From contig NMRA01000370.1 in assembly GCA_002633005.1 (NCBI GenBank), positions 248,001-312,000 on the forward strand: a DNA stretch of 64,000 nucleotides, in the 5' to 3' direction. The notes below the pieces were generated by a model. It saw nothing but the letters and a program-made list of their open reading frames with translations, ran no database searches and was not told where the DNA came from. Below, one piece after another: positions 49,401 through 60,970 of the stretch. A program made the position numbers and the translations under genes. Positions within the stretch are counted from its first letter, which is position 1; each line of letters starts with the position of its first letter. Source of the stretch: Phoronis australis. Lineage: Eukaryota; Animalia; Phoronida.

Positions 49401-50398
49401 TCAGAAATGTTATTGGTTTATGCTCAAATATGTTATAACTTAACTTTTATTTTTAACAGCACAGCCCAGTCAGGTTAGATAGGATCTTATTGAAGATTAG
49501 AGCAATTATCGAACAAAAGAGAGCTGGCCCTCCAACCATGAATGCCAGAATGGTGTTAATCAGTGGTATAAGATATTAGCTACTTCCAAATTGTTGTTGG
49601 GCTACAGAATCGAACAAGTTGGGAGCAACGGGAAAACGCCGTAATGACTCTTTGTTTCTGAGAACACAAAAGTAACTTCTGTTTGACCCAATTTTAAGTT
49701 CAAATGTCAAAATGGGCAAAGTTAATGAAGATGAAACTCACTGTCTTTCATCCACGGACTCTTAGTGACATTGAAATCTATTTGGTAAAATATATCTATA
49801 AAAATAAAGATTAAGGATTTTTTAGCCTATCACTAGCATATTGTGATGTCACTGAAAAAAACAACTTTTGGAAAATTTTGCATTATTTGTAGTAACGTAA
49901 TCGGCCTTTGAAAAATAGAAATATGTTAATTTTGGTAAATATGGCAATTAAATAAGTGAGAATTATTGTATATTGTGTTCAAGTGATGTCAATCGTCACC
50001 CGATTAAAACATGCACATTGGCCATCCACTCCAAATAATGGCGCAAGTGGAGGTGCTTTATGAAAGGCTAGTTCCCCTCAAGGAGCTTGTGAAACACTGA
50101 CAGTTATTGCTCCAGACCCTGCTTCCTAGAGCAGCTGGGTCAAGCCAGTTTGAGCCTACAAGGGGTTGAGCAATGAAAACCTGCCAATTATGAAACCGAT
50201 AGATGTTGATTCAAATCTAAAGGTAAGTATGGTATAGTTTAAGACAAATTATATATCAGAACAGTTTTCGAGATTGAATCAATAAGAAGTTGTGACTGTG
50301 GGTGGGTTCATGGCACCCCTAAAAACCAATCACCAGTCTTTGCTGAACATATGAGTATGAATCAAGGGAGTTAATTCATGATCACAGCTACCGTTTTG

Positions 50399-50914
50399 TT
50401 AAACCTCAATGATCTCCAATTCCTTCGGTTGTGCTGAGGTGGCGCTAGCGGCTAACACACTCTCCTGTTTAACTAGCAACTTCTTTTGAGACAATTTCCT
50501 GTCAAATGACGGCGTCTCCACCACCGGATAAGGTGGTCTTGCGGGGTTGATCCACGGATGGTCCGTATTGCTGGCACTGTACGAATAAAACTTTAGGCCA
50601 GAGTGAAACTTTGAGTACCTCGACTGCCATAACAAAACTACTAACCAGACAGACACAGCACAGCCAATGGCATTAAAGGCGCATTGGAGAATCAGGTAGT
50701 CTTTAAGTCCGCTGAAGATAATATCACAGTTGTCGTACGTAATGTTCTCGTACACATATTGTTTGGGAAGACCATCTTCCGTTTGAACGCAGAGACACTT
50801 TGATGACGTGTAGTTGCAGTTATAAGATGGGATGCGACCTCCGTGCATGCCCGGGAAAATACTAGCGACGATAGACACAAATACGCTTATTGTAGACAGG
50901 ACGAAACAAGTACC
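50399..50914 (-). CDS. SSPN: Terminal coding exon of a sarcospan-like (CD20/tetraspan-like) membrane protein; upstream exons not identified
   Basis: Acceptor ttacag|GGT at 50915. The exon encodes a TM helix, a Cys-containing loop (C..C.C..Y.Y....C), a second TM helix and LWQSRYSKFHSG, resembling recalled sarcospan LIQMILNLVCGLVCLLACFVMWKHRYQVFYVG. Confidence 0.65.
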   Translation of the reverse strand, partial: GTCFVLSTISVFVSIVASIFPGMHGGRIPSYNCNYTSSKCLCVQTEDGLPKQYVYENITYDNCDIIFSGLKDYLILQCAFNAIGCAVSVWLVVLLWQSRYSKFHSGLKFYSYSASNTDHPWINPARPPYPVVETPSFDRKLSQKKLLVKQESVLAASATSAQPKELEIIEV

Positions 50915-53058
50915 CTGTAATATAAAACAATGACAGATCAATTAACTTAAAAAAAATAACTGTTAGTAAACAAACTTTCACTGAAAGAAAATTACTGTTA
51001 CCTGGTCTCAAAATTCCCTTTTGTTCCCTAGTGACCTGGGTTTGGGATTAGTACTGGTACAGCTGACATTTGCTCATTTCTTAACTGAGACCACTGGCTA
51101 AACATTTAAAGCTGCTACAATCCTCTTTTTGTGCAAGACGCACTTTAGACCACTAACCGCTATAACATTTATCAAAATTCATTCTTTACTCAAATGAGAT
51201 AGGATTTCAGCCTGGGTTTGCAAAGAATTGGCAACTTGTTATTAGTCTATGCTTGGCACCTAAAATGACACACTGTGACAAGCCATGTCTCAAGCAATCA
51301 CTGCCAGCTCTTTAGAATCACTGAAGTCACCTCTAATTTTACTCATTGGCAAGAACAATCCCGGACCCCTTTCATAATTGTAAGTAGTTTCAATCAAAAG
51401 TTCTTTTTGCGATTTGAGACCTCTAACGATTTTATAAACAACCACGGTTTCAAGCAGTAACCAACATTCAATTCTTCACAAATGCAAAAAGCACTTCAAA
51501 TTTGAGAAAAGACCAAACCATGACCAGTGGTATAATGAGAAGGGCTCCTTTTTTGGCTGAAAGCCGGTTTGTATCACCTTTAAATAGACCTCAAAATCAA
51601 ACGGGCAATAGTAGCGTAAGAATGCAAGCGAATGTTGTAAATTAAAGTGCACATTTCTGAGATGCAGTGGGTGAACAACATTCACTTAATTCAATTATCT
51701 CAATTCGAAAGCCTCAAGTTCTGTCCAATTTACTCCCAACGCCTGAATGCCAACGAGCTCTACAACAAGCACAAAATGAAGTCGGCAACTATTCAATTTC
51801 TGTATTCCCAATGGCTTAAGAATAATGTCACAGCAAACAGGGAACATGAAAAATGTGCATTTTCATTCCAAGCCGATGTCTTGACAAATTTGAGAAGATG
51901 AGCAATACGAATGAGAAATGCCTATTGTACAAAAAACGTCAATATGAATCCCAAACTTAGTCAGTGTCATTACTGTACATAACTGTGGTGACAATTCTCC
52001 TTTTAAGAACAGTGAAAATCAATTATTTTGCTCAAAGTTTTTGTAAGGTTTACTACGGGTGCATAATAATTGGCCTTCTTAATAAACGGGTATGCTATGA
52101 CACCGTATGTTGATATTTTTCATTTACTGGTGTATTTTAGATATAAAAATAGCCATTTTGGCACCATGGCCTTTAAGCCCAGAAAGAGCTAGAAAGCATT
52201 CTATCAAAGTTAAGGCTTGTGACAAATTTAGTCAACAATGATTTCATTCACCTCAATTTTACACGCTTATGGAGAGGCAATTGAAGATATTTTTCAAAGA
52301 TTTCATGTACTACCAAGTCTATTTTCAGACTCTGTTGATACAAAACGCAGTGTTTGAGACATGCTGAATGCCAAAATCACCCAAGTCCAATTTTCAGAAT
52401 CAAGAAAATTCAATTTTGGCTTGACTTTTGGTGTCACAAATTTCATTGACTGCCAAACTGAAGGATTTTCACTGTAGTCATTGTCAGTCGATTAGTGCAA
52501 AGCATTTACATCTTGGACGCAACAACTGTGTAATCAAGTTCAGAAAAGCGTAACGTAGCACGTCAGAATCATTGGGATTCTCTGTAATTAACAGTTTTCT
52601 GACGTCACATAACAACTAGCCGCACCACTAACCACATTACAAAAGAGCATTTCACGTTTACCAGGGTACAGCGCTTGTCTATTCAAAAGTGATTGGATTC
52701 TCTTGGAAATCATATCAGTCAGATATTCTCTGTTGTGGGATTTGATAAAGAAGCTTCAGGTCAGCCTATTTATCATGGCTCAGCTTAACAACGCCTTCAT
52801 TCAGGCACAACTACGTCATGTGCCCCCAGATAGTGACGTCAATGGCTACCGACTGTAAATGAATTAAGCTCGCTTAGTGAAAAAATCTAACAAGTGAGAA
52901 ATTTGCCCTGGCGACCACCTCATGAAGCCAAATCCTCACAGTTCCTTTTTCAGTAAATGCGAGCTATGAGCTCTTAATTTTATTTGTATTTGAGGCTGTC
53001 GTAGCTCTCCACAACGGAAAATCGTCAATTGTATTGAGATTCGTCAACACTGAAATTC

Positions 53059-54298
53059 AACAAGAGCAACGCGGAGCGTTGAAATGTGCCCACGAATGCA
53101 TTGCAAATGGTGTGCTTTTAGGGTTATTTATTTTTATCATAAAAATGGCAGCTAGATGGCGCAAAAACATTCAATCCATCCAAATACAGGAACATGCCAT
53201 ATTTCATAAAAATCTGTCAAGGAACTTCAGAGAAACAAAGGAAAACAGAATAAAATGAAATTGCCACTAGTGGGCAGTGTCCGTTGGATCCGCTTGAAAG
53301 ACGTCGTCATCTGTTGTTAATCTTCATATAAATACACTTACTAAATTTAGTAAAGATCCTGCAGTGGTCTGGAGATACAACTATGGGTGCAAAACAAAAC
53401 TACCACTAGGAGGTACCACAGTAGTCAGTCCACCATCATCAAAGGTAGTCTTCACACCGAGAACATATATGCCAATTTTCAAATGATTTGGTTGATACAG
53501 GGAATTGACGCCAAAACAAGATTTGAAAACAGCAAAAATGGCCACTAACTGGTGCAAAATACCTCCATCCAAAAACAGGAAGATAGTGTCATCACACCAA
53601 TAGATGCCTATAATTAAAATTTTATGAAAATCTGTTGAGGAACTTTGAAGAGTTAAACGTAAAACTCTAAAATTGCCACTAGGAGGCACAGCAGTAGTCA
53701 GATCTGTCCGAAAGTTGTCGTCATCTGTAGTCAACATCAGTCACTCGCTAAATTAAGTAAAGATTCTGCGAACGGTTTAGGAGATACATCCCTAAGGCGC
53801 TAAAAAAAAAACTGCCACTAGGAAGCGCCACAGTATTCGAAATTGTCGGAAAATCATCGTCAACTGTCTTCTTTATAGTAAGCACATACATGCCAATTTT
53901 CACAATCATCCTTTGAGCAGTTTGGTTGATAGAGGGGTGGACGCAAAAAAACAGTAAAAATGGACATTAGATGGCGCAAACTACGTCGAATCCATCCGAA
54001 AACGGGAGGATAGCCTCATCTCACAAATAGGTGCCTACATACTAAATTTCATGAAAATCCGTAAAGGGCATTTGAAGATAGAGGTAAACGTAAAAAAATA
54101 AAATTGCCACTAGGGCACTAGGGGGCACACCGGTAATTGGATCCGTTCGAATGTTCGCTCATGCTGTCCCATCCATGAAAGGAACACATGTGCAAAACTT
54201 GGAGATAGAGCAGTGGACGCCGGACGGACGCCGCCCGGACGGATGGACGGAGATGACAGCATAGAGCGTCCACATACAAATATGTGAGCGCATAAAAA
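53059..54298 (-). mobile_element. Helentron-derived non-autonomous element (HINE / DINE-1-like), copy 1
   Basis: Minus strand: T-run, subTIR, (CCGT)n microsatellite, central ~140-bp tandem units, 3' subTIR, hairpin CAACGC..GCGTTG and terminal CTTGTT. Confidence 0.8.
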
Positions 54299-55556
54299 TG
54301 ACCAGCAGACTTCTAATAAACAAAATGTCAGTCACGTGACGCAACAATGACCATGACCCGTGAATACATCAAATATCACCTGTAGATTTCAGCTCTTCAG
54401 GTTAGAAAGAAATCAAGATAATTGGTTATAAGAAATAGCTAGACAATGAGGGTCAACTTTAACTGATTTTTTCCATTCAAAGACTGAAAAGGTTCAGGTT
54501 CAAAAGACAGATTCTGTTTTTATAGACTCTTACAGGGAGACGTCACCGCATGACATAGCAGTGCCAAAATGACATTCATTGATTTTTTTGTTCAACTGTA
54601 TGTGGTGACATGACTAACATCAATTTCTGTCGTCTAATTACCCAAACTAAAGAAGCTCCAGGAAAGCACTGCTGCATCATCAAAGGTTCCAATCCCTCAA
54701 ATGCATTATGGCGTTCTCTTGAAGTGAGTCCAACTTGTTGGGTTATATAGCCCCACAAGAAGTTGGGGGAATGTCCCTGTAGCCAATATCGAACAATAAA
54801 CTCCATTCTGGCAATGGTTGGAGGGTCAGGTCTCTTTTGTTTGAAAATTGTGCTCTAATCTCTGATTAGATCATATCTAGCCTAAGTGGGCTGTGCTGTT
54901 AAGTTAAGTTATAAAATGCTTAAGCATAAACCAATAACATTCCTTGTCAAATGCTGATCATGTTTAGTTTTTCAATCACCAAAATCATCCTACTATACCT
55001 GAAGTTAAGACAACCTATTGGGTTTTAAGGGCCTTTCATACTAACGTCGATGCGTCGATGGTTTGAGGAGTTGCGGTCAGTATGAACGCTTAACTCCGGT
55101 CCTGGATCGCAGTTAACAGCTCCAGTTGACATCGCAGTTAACAGGTGGATTTAATAGCGCAGCGTCAACGCTGCGGTGCAGTATGAATGCTTAACTTCAG
55201 TCCAGTCGAAGTTATCGCCAAGTGCCACTGTTATTGTCAACAGTTACAGGGTAGTGTCGTCACTAATAGCTGCTTATATTTTGCTCTAATAACAACTAAC
55301 TGATTTAAAAATACAAAGTTTAATGTCATTTAGCGTAGAAAATATATCTGAAACTAAATAAGGCGATCCAGATCCTCCCAAGGATACTATTGTTTCATGA
55401 AATGAAGAATATAAATCGGTAAATAAAACAACAAGAATGGATCAACTGAAATTTGAAATTTTCGGATGTAATAACTTCCTTTGTCAACAAAAACAGAAAT
55501 AAAGTAAAATGTCATTTAGCACATGTAAAGGTTCTCAAATTGTCTTACCGTATTGA

Positions 55557-56662
55557 AACAAGAGCAACGCAGAGCGTTGAAATGCGCCCACAATTGCAAC
55601 GTATACGGTATACTTCTAGGGTTGTTTATTGGTACCATAAAGTTGCCAGTAGAGGGCATATATGTAGTATGTTGTACTTTGCAAAATGGAAAGGCATGGT
55701 CATTGTCTCCTCAATAGGCTAGGGGCAAAATGTGAGTGATCTTCATAATACAAGCACATCCTATACATCAGTTGCTTAAAGCACCACAAAAACATAGAAT
55801 TAAAAACAAATTTACCACCATAAATTTAGTAAAGATCCTGCAAACGGTTTGGGAGAATACAGCCATGGGCGCAAACAAAACTGCCACTAGGAGGCGCCAC
55901 AGTAGTCAAAGTCATGGGAAATTCAGCGTCAACCGTCCTCTTCATAGTAAGAACATACATGCCCAATTTTCACAATCATACTTAGAGCGGTTTGGTTGAT
56001 AGAGGGGTGGACGCCAAAGAACANNNNNNNNNNNNNNNNNNNNNNNNNNNNNNNNNNNNNNNNNNNNNNNNNNNNNNNNNNNNNNNNNNNNNNNNNNNNN
56101 NNNNNNNNNNNNNNNNNNNNNNNNNNNNNNNNNNNNNNNNNNNNNNNNNNNNNNNNNNNNNNNNNNNNNNNNNNNNNNNNNNNNNNNNNNNNNNNTCCTC
56201 TACATAGTAAGCATATACATGCCAATTTTCACAATCATCCTTTAAGCGGTTTGGTTGATAGAGGGGTGGACGCACAAAAACAGACTCGAAAACACTAAAA
56301 ATGGCCACTAGGTGGCGCAAACTATGTCGAATCCATCTGAAAACGGGAGGATAGCGTCATCTCACTAATAGGTGCCTACATACCAAATTTCATGAAAATC
56401 CGTTCAGGACTTTTGAAGATACAAAGGTAAGCGTAAAAAACTAAAATTGCCACTAGGGGACACACCGGTAGTCGGATCCGTCCAAAAGTTCGCACATGCC
56501 GTCCCATTCATGAATGGAACATATGTGCCAAATTTCATGAACGTATGTCAAAGGATTTTGGAGATAGAGCAGCGGACGCCGGATGGACGCCGCCTGTACG
56601 GACGGACGGACGGAGATGACGGCATAATGCGTCCACATATAAATATGTGGGCGCATAAAAAA
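55557..56662 (-). mobile_element. Helentron-derived non-autonomous element (HINE / DINE-1-like), copy 2; contains an assembly gap
   Basis: Same termini as 53059-54298; subTIR ATGCGCCCAC / GTGGGCGCAT; (GGAC)n; N-run at 56024-56195. Confidence 0.8.
56024..56195. other. Assembly gap (172 N) inside a tandem array
   Basis: N-run with similar repeat units on both sides. Confidence 0.99.
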
Positions 56663-59600
56663 TCTTAGTGTGCAGCGCTAACCTTGCGATATATTCGATG
56701 ACGACAGTGTCACCAACCGTTTACTTTGATGTTCATTAACTGTCGAAGCCAGTATGAACGGTCCAATTAACTGCGCTGTTTACGCAGACGCTCCGCTCAG
56801 ACCGGAGTTAAGTCAATATGAAAGGACCTTAACTGTGTTCACACATGGTCAGTACTAAGCCTGGTAGATAGTTGGCCTGCATGTTGTCATACCAGACAAA
56901 AGGCTGTGCTTGGCAATGAACATTAGGAGCTAGATGTTATCACACAGCTCAAAACCACTCTGTCTCTAAAATCACTGACAGGAGAACATATACCCTTAAT
57001 GGCCTTACACTATTGTCAGTGAACCCCCACATTATCTCAAAATATTGTCTGATATGGTACAGAACTTTAGTGTAGTCACAGCATTAATCTAATTTTACTT
57101 TAATACTTTTTGGAAAAATGAGAAAATGAAATTTCACTTATATTGTACCCTACATTGAGATTTTACAATACATTTTAAAATCCAAGTTTTATTTGAAACT
57201 GCCCCCCCCCCCTATAGTATTATGTTTTAACATTTTGACATTTTGCTAGGGTTAAGTTATTCATACCAAAAAAGAAAAAATTTGTTACCCAAAGGCCAGA
57301 TAGCTTGGTTTGACATGTAACTCAGTCGAAACAACAAATAATCTTGCCGAGGCAGATCGCAGGGCCTGTTCAACAAGCATAATACAGGTGAGTGAAAATT
57401 AGTGTAACCTGACTTTGCTTCGCTTGAAAAGCATGGCAATATCTCGCCAAGACTTGCATATTTTTGATTACGAAACTTGCAAAAAATGAACTGGCCTCAG
57501 ATTGCGCCCACGATGTTACGTAAATTGTTTTATAATTCTGTCCGCAGCGGATGTTTACCATGACTAATTAGGAATGCATTATCACCTCTTAGAGGCAGAG
57601 CGAAATTAGGACAATTAACTTTTAGTTAGTACCAATTTTACAAAAAATTAGGAGAAAATCAGGAGTCAGGACTATGCTATTATTCTGATTAGTGGTTTGC
57701 CTTTTTGCTGTGAATGTCATGCACGACTGTTAAAAGCAGAACAAAAAGTTTCCAAGGGACCTTCACTATCTCTCAAAAGAATTACTACAATGGCTTGGAT
57801 TCTGCATCAAAAGTGATTAATGTGCGAACGAAGCTACATCAATTTTACATACGATAAGCAGAGTATTAGAAAGATATCTTTACTGAAGAATTTAACGCAG
57901 TAATAAAACGCTTTTAAGTCATCACGGTTCAATTGCAAAAAGAACATAACTGTAACCATGACTGCATAGGATGGCTGAAGACTTGTAAATGGACCCTAAT
58001 TACTGCCTGCAAGACAGCTTAGGGGACAAATTGAATTATGATAAAACAGGAGCAATGCTCTTAAAACAGATCAGATGTAACGGAAACTTATCACCCTTAC
58101 GTAGTTAAACTGGAACAATTCTTTGGAAGTTAAAGTTGTGGCTATTAATGCATACGGCTTGTGCCAGGGAAAGCTGAGTGGTTTACCATTTTTGATGGAA
58201 TACAAGGAAAACCTTATATTCAATCAAGCAAATTTGTACCAAGATCTTTATTTTTTTACATTTTGGCATTAAAATGGCTGTTCTGATTTCATCTTAATCC
58301 ATGAAAAATATATCAGTGACCTGCTGGGTTAGTTTACCCAATTAAAATTTAAGGGCTGTGCCATAAAGGCAGACAGCTGTTGGGGAAGCCAGGTAGTGCA
58401 CTGCAGATAGGAGTTTATTTAATAATGACTGAGGTTACGGTATGAGTGCTTGGACAGTCAATTAATCTGTCCACAGAGGCTGCTGGGTATGTCTGGGAAG
58501 GGTAGTTTCAAAGTCTGTCATTCAGGGTGACAGTAAGATAACCATAGATGCTTATCAGGAGATCGAAATTTGAAATGTGGAAATCAATCTGTAATTATCA
58601 TACATAATTCATAATGGACAAAATCACCCAAGGCCAGGTGTTTTGTCAATTTCAATGCAAGGACAGGACAGCAACAGTCAGTTACCTGGGGTCCAGTTTT
58701 TTTTAGAATCAATTTGATGCCTGATATTCAGAGGAAAAAACTGCTTCTAAAAATGCAATTATTACCGATAGGACGACTGAATTCCACATACTAAGTAAAG
58801 GTGGGTGGATTTCTTCCATTTAACCATGTTTTGCTAATAACCAATCTGACAATAATTGTCTAATGCTACAGGGGATTGTTGTACTGTTTACAGGCAATGC
58901 TGGCAGAGAGGCTACATCTAATTATTGTTGCGTTTGCAATTGTTTGCGGAAGTCAACAACCAACATTCTAGTAAAGATCCTCATGACCTCACTACCGTCA
59001 CTGAGTATGAGATAATTCCTCTCGTGGAAGATCGCCGACAAGACTTACTGGAAATAATTCCCATAAAAAGATTCTTGCAAAATTTCCGAGATTTTACAAA
59101 ACACACGAGAATGCAGCTAATTGTACTGTGGTCAGCTGATTTCAAAGATCAGCTCCTTAATATGGATATGACCATCCACTCCATACAAGATAAATGCAGA
59201 TGCCCACCAAAGGATGTCTGCTGTGTCATGGAAGCTCTTTAAACAATAAACAATGGGGCTGTTTTTTTCAAGTCCACCCTATAGTATCCTAAATTTCCAG
59301 CGGTGCAGACGCCCTTCAAAAACATTGACCAGTTCCCCTCAGATTTTTCTCTCACACGTGCTGCCATGCATGTGCTGTCATACGATAGCTGCCATTTTGT
59401 AACACTAAGCAACTTGGCTGGCGAAAGTTGAAAATCTGCCAAATGACTCTTCTCATACGTATACCGTTACTTTCATTAAGAAAACAACACTAATTACAGG
59501 GCTTCCGAGGATGCATGAAAGTACATCCATGGGAAAATTAGTAATTTTAGTGCAGACAGCATTGTCACATGAATGGGGATTTGTCAGTTGCGCAAGGAAA

Positions 59601-60895
59601 CTGATCTAATTGCTACGTACTTTCTTTTTGTCTTGTACCTGAGTTACACAAATGCTGAATTATCAGTTTTCCAATGAGCACAATTTTTTCAATTACGAAG
59701 ACGGAACACACAGACTAGAAGCAAGTCACTGGTTGTGAATCCCTCGAGCAGAGATAGGTTGAACATAAAGTGCGGCTGTTGAAAAATAACGAAGATTATC
59801 ATATTACAGGCATACACTAATAACAATGTCTTAGTAACCCAAGCATAACAGAAAGCACGACCCAATTGCTGAATTTTTTTGTTGAAAATGAATGTTAAAA
59901 TCTCATCAATTTTGTAAAAAAATAATAGCCAAAATGTATTATTTGCCCATTTTTCTAAACTTTTAACTTTATTGTGAATGGCCTGACAGCCACTCAAAAT
60001 CTTGTCTGATGCCAATCTATGGAATAAAACTAATAACTGGCAGAGCATCGACTGCATATAAAATTTCACATATCCACCACACCACTGCCAAAATTAAAGC
60101 ATTGATTTCGTACAATGGATTTTTGCACTTTTTGAGGTTTTAGACTGTGTGTAATACTTTTATAACACAAAATGTAATTCAACAAGCACTTATTTTAGGA
60201 AATAATTGAGGAATTTTGTATTTTAAAGAAAAATTAACGATTTTTTGGTTACCGACACGCTATGTCATCAGTGGAAGACGTTTATCGAACACAAATATTA
60301 TTTTTTTTAAATTTGTGTTTATTTCTTGATTAAAGGTACACAAATTGATTACGAAATGCTTAAAATACCATATCAAAATAAAATGTTGGTGAATTCAAGG
60401 ATTCATGACCATGGTGCGTGGGTGTCACAATTTGGTCCGACTTGTATATGATTTGAATATCAGTCTATGCAGAGCCAACCCCTTTGTATTGTTATGCAAA
60501 TGTGTTCATTTTGCAAGTACAGGTAGCTGTCACGATTATGCTGGTATACACGTGTTACAGGGCAGTCTACCGATAGTTTGGGCGGAGAGCAGTTGTGCTT
60601 TGCCACGCTCTTACTTTATATTTGAAGCACATGGTGCTCATACCAGTCAAAATGATGTGGAACACGTAAGTGTGTTTTGTATCGGATATTTGCTAGTACA
60701 GGTACTTACTTATATGTTATGCTAGTAAGTTTAATTTACCTGAGCGTTACGTGCCTTAGCATTTCTTCTAGATGTAATTCGAAAATACGTTTATGCTATG
60801 GTTGGTTATTGAGTCGGTTGACTTACTTGATACTGTACCTATGTAATTTCTAGGTGACCCTTAAGTTTATCACCACACAGCTGAACCATTGGTGC

Positions 60896-60970
60896 AGGAG
60901 GCTAGTTAAGCTGGGCAGCGTAATATTTGTCCGCAAGAGGCTGGTCAAGCTGGGCGCCGTAATATTTGTC
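60896..60970 (+). repeat. 39-bp tandem duplication
   Basis: GAGGCTRGTYAAGCTGGGCRSCGTAATATTTGTC x2. Confidence 0.75.

Larger units (their letters stand above)
55029..56828. mobile_element. TIR transposon (Harbinger- or Kolobok-like) hosting a nested HINE
   Basis: GGGCCTTTCATACT vs reverse complement GGTCCTTTCATATT; TTAA on both flanks; subterminal CAGTATGAA repeats. Confidence 0.7.

Noticed and set aside
55929-56320. ORFs spanning the N-run
   Set aside because: Artefacts of translating the assembly gap.
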